From a virus (taxonomy: Duplodnaviria; Caudoviricetes): 61,106 bases of DNA. The notes beneath the pieces are model-generated. The model saw only the letters and a program-made list of their open reading frames with translations, was not told where the DNA came from and made no database searches. The stretch lies in the IMG/VR virus record IMGVR_UViG_3300027969_000110, positions 1 through 61,106 of that record, one strand, 5' to 3'. The position numbers and the translations under genes are program-made. This document shows positions 1 through 9,607 of the stretch, in pieces. The stretch's first letter is position 1, and each line of letters begins with the position of its first letter.

Positions 1-146
1 TTCTGTCTTGCCCATTGGAGGGGGCCATATATCAATGGTCTCCCACTGCTGGCAACGATCTTGCGACCGTAATACCGGAGGCCCCAACCGTTAACGAAGG
101 CATGTTTCTTGCCATGCCACAACGGCAAATCATTGCATGGGGCAGC
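1..146. repeat. Terminal direct repeat (copy 1) of circular assembly
   Basis: Identical to 60961-61106 except G at 20 vs C at 60980; reading frame of the 59709 gene continues across the join. Confidence 0.95.
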
Positions 147-1142
147 ACGGACAATGGCATCAAAGACCCGCTATTAATCCGCTGGTGCGATGTTGAGGAT
201 TACAATTCTTGGATTCCTACGATCACCAATCAGGCTGGTTCCTATCATCTTCCCAAAGGCTCACGGATTGTCCAGTGCATTCAGGGTCCACAGCAGGGCC
301 TGATTTGGACCGATCTTGGTTGCTGGGCTATGCAATATGTCGGGCTTCCCTATGTCTACCAATTCAACGAAGTTGGCACCGGCTGCGGCTTGATTGGCAG
401 GAAAGCCGCAACGTCTGTCAATGGCGTCGTTTATTGGATGGGATCAAGCCAATTTTATCGCCTGTCTGGTAATGGTGTCGAGCCAATCCGTTGCCCCGTT
501 TGGGATGTTGTTTTTCAAGATTTGGACCTCAACAATCTTGACAGGATTAGGGTTGCGCCCAACTCCCGGTTTGGAGAAATTACATGGTATTACCCAACTG
601 TTAGCAATGGCGGCGAAAATTACGCCTATGTAAAGTACAACTTCGTTCTTGATCAGTGGGACTATGGGTCTAATTCGGCTGCAAACCCTTATGTGGCGCG
701 TTCTGCTTGGACTAATGAATCCGTGCTTGGGCCACCTATTGGGGCCGGTCTGAACCAATACCTGTTTCAGCATGAGACATCGCCTAATGCCGATGGGGCA
801 GTGATGCAGTCTTCGTTCAGGACTGGATATTTTGCCTTAAGCGAAGCGGATGTTTTGATGTTTGTTGACCAGATATGGCCTGACATGAAGTGGGGTTATT
901 ATGGTAGTGCTTTCCAAAATGCTAACGTGAACATAACATTTCATGTTGCCAGCTACCCCAATGACCCCAATGAACAGACCTATGGCCCATACACGATGAC
1001 AAACGGCACAACATACCTGACTCCACGCTTCAGGGGGCGTCTTGTTTCCATAGAAATTAGCGACACAGCTACCGACATCAACGCATGGTGGCGGCTTGGA
1101 AACATTCGCTACCGTGTTCAACAGGATGGGAAATTCTTATGA
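1..1142 (+). CDS. 3' part of tail tubular/nozzle (P22 gp10 / T7 gp12-like) protein that begins at 59709
   Basis: In frame with ATG 59709 across the circular junction (about 797 aa total); beta-propeller-like motifs (LLIRWCDVEDY, GCGLIG, WRLG); lies just before the ejection genes. Confidence 0.7.
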   Translation, partial: LSCPLEGAIYQWSPTAGNDLATVIPEAPTVNEGMFLAMPQRQIIAWGSTDNGIKDPLLIRWCDVEDYNSWIPTITNQAGSYHLPKGSRIVQCIQGPQQGLIWTDLGCWAMQYVGLPYVYQFNEVGTGCGLIGRKAATSVNGVVYWMGSSQFYRLSGNGVEPIRCPVWDVVFQDLDLNNLDRIRVAPNSRFGEITWYYPTVSNGGENYAYVKYNFVLDQWDYGSNSAANPYVARSAWTNESVLGPPIGAGLNQYLFQHETSPNADGAVMQSSFRTGYFALSEADVLMFVDQIWPDMKWGYYGSAFQNANVNITFHVASYPNDPNEQTYGPYTMTNGTTYLTPRFRGRLVSIEISDTATDINAWWRLGNIRYRVQQDGKFL

Positions 1143-1597
1143 GCGCCAGCCTCTCTGATATTCTTACAGTCCAGAAGAATGGCGTTGTGGCTATCAATGG
1201 GCTTGGTCAAATTCTCAAGACGATTGAGGCTGATTTGCCATGTATTTGCAGCAACTTAGCTCTTCTTGTTACAGCATTAAACAAGTCTATAGCTGGCAGC
1301 TTTCCATCAAATATCAGCACGACAGTAGCAGATTCTACCACTGCGTTTGTGGTATCAGGTTCCGGTAGGCTGTTCAGTGTATCCATCCCGGTTCACACGG
1401 GATCGGCTCAAGTGTTCGTTTATGATGCAGCGACAGTTGGCGATATATCTGCGACAAACCTCATCTACGCATCGCTACCATCAAATTCGGCATCCTTTAC
1501 GCCTTACCAGACAGTTGAGCTTCCATATAGCAATGGGCTTGTTCTAAAAACTGAAGCAGGAATGAATTTCTGCGTCGGCTATACCCCGAACACATGA
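1139..1597 (+). CDS. Putative virion structural protein
   Basis: ATG overlaps upstream stop (ATGA); MSASLSDILTVQKNG; beta-rich C-terminus; in tail operon. Confidence 0.55.
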   Translation: MSASLSDILTVQKNGVVAINGLGQILKTIEADLPCICSNLALLVTALNKSIAGSFPSNISTTVADSTTAFVVSGSGRLFSVSIPVHTGSAQVFVYDAATVGDISATNLIYASLPSNSASFTPYQTVELPYSNGLVLKTEAGMNFCVGYTPNT

Positions 1598-1604
1598 GGA
1601 CGCC

Positions 1605-2171
1605 ATGCCACTGAAGAAGGGTTCCTCACAGAAGACAATCAGCGCCAATGTCAGCGAATTGGTGCATAGCGGACGTCCACAGAAGCAGGCTGTGGCGATA
1701 GCTTTGGACACGGCTCGAAAGGTATCACGCGCCAAGAGGGCGGCTGGTGGGCAGGCTCCCATGGGGGATTCTCCGCAGCCTCAGTCGCATGTTGGGCCAA
1801 TCCATAGCCCCGTGGCAGGCAGGACCGATCATCTGCCAATGCACGTTCCTTCTGGCTCGTATGTGATTCCGGCTGACATTGTGTCTTCTATGGGTGAAGG
1901 CAACACTATGGCAGGGTTCAGGGTCTTGGACGCTGCGTTAAGGGAGTTTGGCAATTCCCCGCAGGCACGGGCTCGCGGTGGCAGGGGGGGTGAAAATCAG
2001 GTGCCGATTGTTGCCGCTGGCGGGGAATATGTTATTCCTCCAGAAGTTGTCACGGCTATTGGGGATGGGGACATAAATTTGGGGCATACGGAGCTAGATT
2101 CCTTTGTGACAACAATGAGGAAGAAGCTCATAGACACCCTGAAAAAGCTCCCCGGACCCAAAAAGAATTGA
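1605..2171 (+). CDS. Putative internal virion protein with xxxGG motifs and duplicated G(S/E)YVIP module
   Basis: RBS GAGGA; basic N-terminus MPLKKGSSQKTIS; RAAGG and RARGG; two half-repeats VPSGSYVIPADIV and AAGGEYVIPPEVV. Confidence 0.6.
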   Translation: MPLKKGSSQKTISANVSELVHSGRPQKQAVAIALDTARKVSRAKRAAGGQAPMGDSPQPQSHVGPIHSPVAGRTDHLPMHVPSGSYVIPADIVSSMGEGNTMAGFRVLDAALREFGNSPQARARGGRGGENQVPIVAAGGEYVIPPEVVTAIGDGDINLGHTELDSFVTTMRKKLIDTLKKLPGPKKN

Positions 2172-2196
2172 TCACGGACTAGAAAAGGGGAAGTCC

Positions 2197-2685
2197 ATGC
2201 TTGACGATCTTGGTATCAGGGTAGCGCAGCCGGAAGACATCCATGAGCTTATGGATGTGGCAATGAGTGCCTGTTCAGAGAATGGGTTCATAAATCCCAA
2301 TGTAAACAAGCTCTTAGAGCAAATCTGGTCCGCAGTTAATCTTGACAATGGCATTGTCGGGGCGATTGGGGAGCCGGGAAAAATTGAAGGCGCAGTGCTA
2401 CTCAGGTTGACAGATATGTGGTACTCTGACGATAAGGTGCTGGAAGAAAAGGGGATTTTCATTCTTCCGCAGTTTCGCGTTGCTAAGGGTGGGAGAGCGC
2501 GAAGGCTATGTGAATTTGCCAAAAGGGCGGCTGAAATGTTGGATGTACCGTTGTTGATCGGGGTTCTGTCCAACGACCGCACTGAGGCTAAGGTTAGGTT
2601 GTATGAGCGTCAATTTGGCAAGCCAACTGGCGCGTTCTTCCTCTATAATGCTCGTACAGGGTCTGTGCGAGAAGCAGCGGAGTAG
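2197..2685 (+). CDS. GNAT-fold (acetyltransferase-like) virion-assembly protein
   Basis: IRVAQPEDIHELM start, IFILPQFR..GG motif A-like, RLYER; position between nozzle and ejection genes as in other podoviruses. Confidence 0.55.
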   Translation: MLDDLGIRVAQPEDIHELMDVAMSACSENGFINPNVNKLLEQIWSAVNLDNGIVGAIGEPGKIEGAVLLRLTDMWYSDDKVLEEKGIFILPQFRVAKGGRARRLCEFAKRAAEMLDVPLLIGVLSNDRTEAKVRLYERQFGKPTGAFFLYNARTGSVREAAE

Positions 2686-2690
2686 ATGGC

Positions 2691-5600
2691 ATGAGTGGCG
2701 TCTTCGTCTTTAGGCAGCCTCCGCAGGGGTTTCACACCGAGTATTTTGGCGGCGGCGGCGGCAAAGGCGGCACCACGGTTCAGTCCACACAGATTCCTCC
2801 AGAGGTCTTGGCGCGCTACAATGCTGTCAACGCGCGGGCTGAAGAGGTCGCTAAAACGCCGTTTCAGCGATATGGCGGCGAGTTTGTTGCCCCTATAAAT
2901 GCACAGCAAACGGCGGGTATTGGCGGCATAAATGCTGCCGCAAATCAAGCACAGCCGTATTATAGCAATGCAACAGAACAGTTGTATGGGGCTCAACAAA
3001 GCGCACAGCCATTTCTGAACCAAGCTACTGCCGCCACAACAGCCGGTGGTCAGGCAATTAATCCTCAAAATATAAATACTGAAGCATATATGAATCCGTT
3101 CACGAAAAATGTTGTGAATGCTACGCAAGCTGCCATGCAACAGCAGTTTGGGCAGCAACGCTCTCAACAACAAGCACAAATGGCAAAAACAGGTGCTTTC
3201 AATAATTCACGATCTGGGCTTGAGCGAGCCACATTGGCAGGCCAACAAAGTTTGGCAGAAGCACAAGTTATTTCACCTCTTTACCAGCGCAATTATGAGC
3301 AAGCTTTACAAACCGGTCTTGGTGTTGCACAGACGAATCGTACCGCTCAATCTCAGATGGGCCAGCAACTTGCCGCTCTTGGGCAGCAAAATTATGGCAT
3401 GGGCGCAGATGTTTCGTCGCGCTTGGCGGGTCTTGGAACTGCGGCACAAACAGCAGGTCTTCAGGGCGCGCAAGCGCGGATTGCGGCTGGCACTTTGCAG
3501 CAGCAGACGGCACAGGCCAAAAATGCGGCGCTCTATCAGCAACACTTGCAGGAACAGGGCTATCCCTTTCAGGTTGCTCAGTTTCTTGCCAACATTGCTA
3601 CTGGTACTGGCGCGTTGTCTGGCAACACGACGACGCAGGATAAGTCTGGCGGCTTCTTCTCCAATCGTGGCGGCTTTAAGGTCAATGAACGCCCGGCCCG
3701 TGCTTATGGTGGTGGGTTAGATGTCAACTCTATGGGCGGCGCTGTCTACGATCCCGGCGAATATGCTCGTGGCGGCTATTCTGAAGGCGGCGTCCCATCT
3801 ATGGATGACATTCTTGCTACGAATCAAGCGATGTTCATGGGGCAGGGCTCCCCCTATGGGCAGGGCCAGAAGCCCGGTGTTGGTCTTGGCATTCCAAGTC
3901 AGGCTGCCAAAATAACTCCTCTTCAGGTCAAGCCAATTGCCCAAGAGGCAAAAGGCCCAGATCCGCTGACGCAGGCTGCCAACTTTGGCGAAGGTCTTGT
4001 TAAGACGAAGAAAGCTGGTCAGGAGATCAAAAGCTGGTTTGACAAGAAGCCTGAAGATGGCAAAGGCCCGACTGCGCCTGCTGACGGGAAAAGCGGCGTT
4101 CTGGCCGATTCTAAGGGGAATATCAGCGTTAATGCGCCATCGGTCGGGCAGGCAGTTCCGATTGAACGCCCTGCCGGGTTAGCTGTCCCCAAGAATGTCT
4201 ATTCCGGCCCCAATATCCAAAAGACGGATTTGGGTGACGTTCCTGATATGGGTGGAAACCTCAACTTTGGCCCCGAAATCAAAGACCCCGGCAAAGGTTT
4301 GGCCTTTAACACAAGCAACTCAACGCCCGATCTTGGCAGATCAACTGCTGATTTTGGTGGCGTTCCCGATATGGGCGGCGATCAAGTTGCCAATCTTGGT
4401 GAAGACTTGGGCGGCGCTGACTTTGGCGATCTTGGCTCGTGGTTTGGCAATCGTGGCGGTGTAGCGGGCGGCAGGCGCAACGGCTATGCAGTAAAAGGTT
4501 TTGTCACCCCCGGCTATGATCCAGAGGTTCCCGGCACTGACATTATGGACACCACCGTTGATGAGGGCGAGCAATCCGTCAATCAACTCAAAGGTGAACA
4601 GGATGCCATGAACCCCAAAATCTCCGGTGGCGGAGGCGGGGGTGGTGGTCTTGGTCAGGCACTTGGGACCGCTATCAGCATTGGCAAGTTTTTCCTTAAG
4701 GATGGTGGCGCTGCCTATCGCGATGGCTATGCAGAGGGCGGCGAGTCTGGGGCGGTATCTGGTGGTCTCGATATAGATCGCCTCAACGCGCTGCTTTCTG
4801 CTGGTTCAAAGGCCGCAAATACAGCACCTATCCGCTATAGAACGGATGATGGAACAGAGTTTCGTGGGCAGACCATGCGTTCTGGCCCGTTTGCCGAATA
4901 CGGCGTTGGGCTTGGCACTAACTTGGGCGGCGGCAGGCTTGATGTCGATGCCGCTCGCGGGGCCACGCCTAATAGTCCTGCTCAGTACAGGGGTGGGATT
5001 AAGTGGTCCAAGAACTTTGCCGATGGTGGTCTTGCTTATCGCGAGCATCATGCCAAACCAGATGAGACCAACGATTACAGCAATGTTGTCGGTGAAAAGT
5101 TCAATCCAGAAGATGTAGCGGCGGCGGCGGAAGAGATCGCGCCAACGGGTGTTGATCCCCGACTGGTTGCTCTAGCACCTGACCGGCCCGTTCGCGAAAT
5201 GACGATGGACTCCTCCCTCATGTCCCGCGAGAGTGGTGGAGATTTCCGCGAGAAGAACGACGCTGTTGGGCATGGTGGCATGAAGGGCCACTTTGGCCGG
5301 GGCCAGTTTGGTCAGGCTCGCCTGCAAGATGCGATGAACGCTGGTGTATTGCCGAAAGGCACGACCCCGGAACAGTTCATGGATAGCGAAGAACTTCAGA
5401 AGGCGACTGAGAAGTGGCACTTTGGCGATATTTCTCAGCACATTGCCAATAAGGGCTTGGACAAAGCCATTGGAACGACAATCAATGGCATTCCTGTCAC
5501 GGAACAGGGAATGCTCAACGTCGCGCATCTTGGCGGTAAGGGCGGGCTGGAGAAGTTCATTACTTCTGGCGGCAAGTACGACCCGGCTGATGAGAACAAG

Positions 5601-7265
5601 ACCCGTCTTTCCGACTACTTGGCTATGGGTGCGGGCGTTAAGCCCCCGGCAAAAACGCAAACTGCCCCTCCCCAGTATGCTGGCAACGCACCCAAGAATG
5701 CCAGCATCGGTGATGTTGTCAGGGAATATGCTCCTTCTGGTATGCCAACGTCTGAGAACTTCTGGGTTCCGGCTTTGGGCTTCTTGGGCGGTATGCTGAC
5801 TTCTCCGAATAGGAGCTTGGCAGGCGCTATTGGTAGCGGGCTTGTCTCTGGCACGTCGGGCTATATGGAGCTTCGTAAGGGGCAGCAGGAAGACATCAAG
5901 AACGCTTTCAACGTCTTCAAAGATCGCTTTGAGGATGCTGTTGATCCCAAAACCAATCTTCCGGCTAAGAGGGATAAATATAGCGGCAATTACTACGCGC
6001 CAGAACAGATTCAAAATTCGCTTGCAAGACAGCTTCGCGCAATCGGTGCTGATCCTGCCGCTTATGGCGTGGTAGAGAGCAAAGTTTCTGCACCAGAAAA
6101 GACTGGCGCTAAGTCGGACACTTCTCTTCCCCCTCCTGTTAAGGGCGATAAGGTTGCTGACAAGAAGGTAGAAGAAGAAGCCAGCCCGATGGCACAGGCT
6201 GCGGCGGAGATATATCCAAAGCCCCCCAAAGACATGCCAAAGACAGACATGAATCCAGCGCAGCTTGATGCCAATGCTTTTTGGAATTGGAAAGAAGCTG
6301 GCGTTTCTCAAGACCCAATGCCAATTTGGCAAGAAATTCAAAGACTTAAGGCGCAACAAAAAACTTGGTCTGGCATGGGCGCGAGCAATGTTGGCAAAGT
6401 GACAGCACTTCAGGCGGATATTAAATCATATGAAGATAAGCTTAACTCTTTGCTGTCAAATGCTACAAAGCAGGACGTTGCCAGCAACTTGAAAATTAAA
6501 GAGGCTTTGGTCGAGCGGTCCAACAAACATGCCGATACAATCAGCCCCCGCATAGCCAAGTACCGGCAGGCCATGAACGATGTCGATACTCTTGCATTCC
6601 TTCAGTCGGAAGGATTGGCAAGTGGCGTCTCGTCTGAGTCTGTGAACAAGCTGAAGAGCATCTACCAGTACTGGACCGGCAAAGAACTGCCTATGGCTGG
6701 CAAAGACCCGGCTGGCGAGTTTGAGCTTGCGGTCAAGCTGGCGGCTTCGCGCGTTGCTGATTCCATTAAGGAGATTGGTGGACAACGTGCGCCCGGCGTT
6801 ACCTCTGCGCTTGAGGGCAAAATTGCACCAGACCCGTCTCGCTTGACCCCAACCGGGCTGCACTTGCTGCTTGGTAAAATCAAAGGTGACGCAACGTACA
6901 ATCTTGAAAGCGACACCGATTATCTTAACAACCATATGTACCGCACGGACCCTGCCAAGCACCCGCTTGTGTTTGACAATGCGGCAGACGACAAAGGCGC
7001 GAAGGGACAGGAAAAGTACAACAGGTATGTCGCTAAGGCATACAGCAGCTTGCCCGTCCCAACAAAAGACCCGACCATGCCAGAAGTTGCCAGCCATCTT
7101 CGCAAAAAATATGGCGAAGATTACACGCCGCTTACCAAAGGCTCTGGAAAAACGGAGGGGCAGCCAGAGGGAAGGTCTGTTGTTCGCAGCGGCACAGTCA
7201 ACTCTGGACCCAATGCTGGCAAGCGCATCATTGAATACTCTGATGGCACACGGGAGTATCAGTAA
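2691..7265 (+). CDS. Large DNA-ejection/internal virion protein with lysozyme-like (transglycosylase) domain
   Basis: 1524 aa; Gln/Ala-rich pilot-protein-like N-terminus (GGGGGKGGTT, AYMNPF); SRESGG...GRGQFG...AHLGG lysozyme-like motif; multiple xxxGG motifs. Confidence 0.7.
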   Translation: MSGVFVFRQPPQGFHTEYFGGGGGKGGTTVQSTQIPPEVLARYNAVNARAEEVAKTPFQRYGGEFVAPINAQQTAGIGGINAAANQAQPYYSNATEQLYGAQQSAQPFLNQATAATTAGGQAINPQNINTEAYMNPFTKNVVNATQAAMQQQFGQQRSQQQAQMAKTGAFNNSRSGLERATLAGQQSLAEAQVISPLYQRNYEQALQTGLGVAQTNRTAQSQMGQQLAALGQQNYGMGADVSSRLAGLGTAAQTAGLQGAQARIAAGTLQQQTAQAKNAALYQQHLQEQGYPFQVAQFLANIATGTGALSGNTTTQDKSGGFFSNRGGFKVNERPARAYGGGLDVNSMGGAVYDPGEYARGGYSEGGVPSMDDILATNQAMFMGQGSPYGQGQKPGVGLGIPSQAAKITPLQVKPIAQEAKGPDPLTQAANFGEGLVKTKKAGQEIKSWFDKKPEDGKGPTAPADGKSGVLADSKGNISVNAPSVGQAVPIERPAGLAVPKNVYSGPNIQKTDLGDVPDMGGNLNFGPEIKDPGKGLAFNTSNSTPDLGRSTADFGGVPDMGGDQVANLGEDLGGADFGDLGSWFGNRGGVAGGRRNGYAVKGFVTPGYDPEVPGTDIMDTTVDEGEQSVNQLKGEQDAMNPKISGGGGGGGGLGQALGTAISIGKFFLKDGGAAYRDGYAEGGESGAVSGGLDIDRLNALLSAGSKAANTAPIRYRTDDGTEFRGQTMRSGPFAEYGVGLGTNLGGGRLDVDAARGATPNSPAQYRGGIKWSKNFADGGLAYREHHAKPDETNDYSNVVGEKFNPEDVAAAAEEIAPTGVDPRLVALAPDRPVREMTMDSSLMSRESGGDFREKNDAVGHGGMKGHFGRGQFGQARLQDAMNAGVLPKGTTPEQFMDSEELQKATEKWHFGDISQHIANKGLDKAIGTTINGIPVTEQGMLNVAHLGGKGGLEKFITSGGKYDPADENKTRLSDYLAMGAGVKPPAKTQTAPPQYAGNAPKNASIGDVVREYAPSGMPTSENFWVPALGFLGGMLTSPNRSLAGAIGSGLVSGTSGYMELRKGQQEDIKNAFNVFKDRFEDAVDPKTNLPAKRDKYSGNYYAPEQIQNSLARQLRAIGADPAAYGVVESKVSAPEKTGAKSDTSLPPPVKGDKVADKKVEEEASPMAQAAAEIYPKPPKDMPKTDMNPAQLDANAFWNWKEAGVSQDPMPIWQEIQRLKAQQKTWSGMGASNVGKVTALQADIKSYEDKLNSLLSNATKQDVASNLKIKEALVERSNKHADTISPRIAKYRQAMNDVDTLAFLQSEGLASGVSSESVNKLKSIYQYWTGKELPMAGKDPAGEFELAVKLAASRVADSIKEIGGQRAPGVTSALEGKIAPDPSRLTPTGLHLLLGKIKGDATYNLESDTDYLNNHMYRTDPAKHPLVFDNAADDKGAKGQEKYNRYVAKAYSSLPVPTKDPTMPEVASHLRKKYGEDYTPLTKGSGKTEGQPEGRSVVRSGTVNSGPNAGKRIIEYSDGTREYQ

Positions 7266-9604
7266 TGGCCGATGAAAGCATCTCTTGGGATGAAGATGTT
7301 AAATGGGACGCACCCAAGCCCATAGCCATTGTCCCCGGCCAGCAGACCTATGCGGAAGACGAAGCTCTCATTGCCAAGAACCGTGGGGTCATTCCCGATG
7401 AAGTGAAGACCTTCGCAAAGAATGCCGGTAATACGGCACTCTTTTACGCGCCAAGAGCGGCTTCCGCAGTCTATTCGTCTTTTGCTGAAAACAAGCCACT
7501 CAGCCAAGCATGGGAGGAAGAAAAGGCTCTTGATGAAGCGCGCTCTCGCCAAAACCCCAAAGCTTCTATGGCGGGAACTGGTTTTGGCGCGGTTGCCGGT
7601 CTAGCTGTTCCTCTTGGCCCAATCGGCACTCTTGGCAAAGCGGCTGAAGCAGCTACTGCGGCTCGCTTTGGCGCAACTGCTGGCAAGATTGCTGAAGGTG
7701 CCACGGTTGGCAGTACTGCATCTGGTGTCAGCGGCTTGTTGGCAACTGCCGATCCGCGCGAAGCCCTGAAGGATGCTGCCATTGGTGCTGGCATTGGCGG
7801 CGCTGCCGCCCCTGTTATTGGCGCGTTGGGCAACTACTTCACGAAACTGCCTGCGGTTCAAGATGCCAGCGGCAAGCTGACTGCGGAAGCAGAACAGGCT
7901 ATCAACACTGCCTTTAAGGGCAAGATGACGGATGCAGACATTGCGTCCTTCAAGACAGAGCTTGTTGGCGCTTTTGAAAAGAAGGGCATATCCCCAGAGG
8001 TTGCCCGCGAAGCACTTCTGACCAAAGAAGGCATTACACCGACCGCAAGCTTGACAACGGGGAAAAAACCCCCGGAAGCCGCTGCTGATATTGGCGAGCA
8101 AGCTGCCAGAGAGGGCGCTGAGACGGTCGCCAAGAGAGCCGAAACATTGGCTGGGGCGCAACCCGCGCCGGGTGAAGTGGCGCGGCTTGTTCATGGCGCT
8201 GAAACGCAGGCGCATGATGTTGGCTCAAAAGCCTATGAAAAGCTTAATCAATATCCAGAGATATTCAAACCAGAAGCACAAGAATTGTTCCCAAAAGCAA
8301 TTCAAAAGCAGCTTTTTGGAACCGGGACAGGCGATTTCCCAACAACGCAACCAGACCTTCTCGCAAGCGGGCTGAACAAAGCTGCCCAAGCCTTTAAGCT
8401 TGTTGATGAAGGGATTGGTGCGGGTAACTTCCTGATCAAAGACCCGGCAACAGGTGTGGCTCAGTTCAACTTTGCAAACATGAACGCCGTCCGTAAGGCG
8501 CTCAATCAATTTGAGCGTGAAGCCAGTGGCGCTGATCGAACTGCCGTTCTCAGGATCAAGACTGGATTTGACACCGCATTGAACGATGCCGTTGCCAACA
8601 ATCTTTTCACGGGAAGTTCGCAGGCTCTGACAGACCTTCGTAAGGCCGATGCTCTTTGGAAGGATTATCGGTCTACCTTCTATGACAAATCAGGCCCGAG
8701 TGCTGGTACGTTCAAAAAGTCACTGAACGCTATGCTAGATTCCCAGATCAACAAGATGCCCACCAACCTCTCTGGAACTGCCGCAGAGACCGCGCAGGGC
8801 ATTCTTACGACTGGTCTACTGAATAAGGGCTACGGTTCCGAACTTTATGACCGTATGGCTCGCGCTCTAAAGCAAAATCCAAATGCTCTTGCTACTGTCA
8901 AAAACGAAATGCGAAATACCGTTCTCAAGAACCCAGCCGACACGAAGGAATTTACCAAATCCATCGACAACTTCTTGAAGGACCACAGCGGCCCCAATGG
9001 GCTTGCTAGTAAGATATTTGACCAACCCGGCGAACTTGCCGCCCTGCGTCGGATGTCTGAAGCTGCCAAAATCATTGAAGCCAAGCCTATCTCTCAGCAG
9101 GAAAAAACATCCATGCTGGTGAGGGCGCTTAAGCAGCTTACGAAAACTACCACAAGCGGGCTTATCGGATTTGCTCTTGGCAATGTGCCGGGCGCAGTTC
9201 AGGGTATCGCAGCGGGCAAAGCGGCTGAAGTGGTGGGCGCTCCTGTTGCCAACTTTCTGGCGCGTCGTGCCGAATCGGCTGGCGCACCTAAGACAGCCAT
9301 CAAAGCCCCTAAGCCTCTGCGGGTGTTTGACAAAGCCCCTGAGACCGGCTCGTTGGTCAGGAACGTAGAAGCTTTCGATCCTGTAGGCGTCTCTGGCTAT
9401 CAGGAGCCCACCATGCTCCCGCCTTTGACAATCAATAGGGACAGAACTGCCCGTGCATCTGGTGGCAGAATTTCTGACAAACTTGTGGTATCAGTTGAAC
9501 GTGCCAAGAAATTGGTGAACAATGCCACAAAGCCGCTTCTCAACGCCGATGACACCCACATTGCTCGCGCACTTGAGATCGCTAACCAGAATTTTGAGGG
9601 TTGA
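7265..9604 (+). CDS. Second DNA-ejection/internal virion protein
   Basis: 779 aa, Ala/Gly-rich hydrophobic segments, helical; coupled to upstream gene; C-terminal RASGG motif. Confidence 0.6.
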   Translation: MADESISWDEDVKWDAPKPIAIVPGQQTYAEDEALIAKNRGVIPDEVKTFAKNAGNTALFYAPRAASAVYSSFAENKPLSQAWEEEKALDEARSRQNPKASMAGTGFGAVAGLAVPLGPIGTLGKAAEAATAARFGATAGKIAEGATVGSTASGVSGLLATADPREALKDAAIGAGIGGAAAPVIGALGNYFTKLPAVQDASGKLTAEAEQAINTAFKGKMTDADIASFKTELVGAFEKKGISPEVAREALLTKEGITPTASLTTGKKPPEAAADIGEQAAREGAETVAKRAETLAGAQPAPGEVARLVHGAETQAHDVGSKAYEKLNQYPEIFKPEAQELFPKAIQKQLFGTGTGDFPTTQPDLLASGLNKAAQAFKLVDEGIGAGNFLIKDPATGVAQFNFANMNAVRKALNQFEREASGADRTAVLRIKTGFDTALNDAVANNLFTGSSQALTDLRKADALWKDYRSTFYDKSGPSAGTFKKSLNAMLDSQINKMPTNLSGTAAETAQGILTTGLLNKGYGSELYDRMARALKQNPNALATVKNEMRNTVLKNPADTKEFTKSIDNFLKDHSGPNGLASKIFDQPGELAALRRMSEAAKIIEAKPISQQEKTSMLVRALKQLTKTTTSGLIGFALGNVPGAVQGIAAGKAAEVVGAPVANFLARRAESAGAPKTAIKAPKPLRVFDKAPETGSLVRNVEAFDPVGVSGYQEPTMLPPLTINRDRTARASGGRISDKLVVSVERAKKLVNNATKPLLNADDTHIARALEIANQNFEG

Positions 9605-9607
9605 TCC

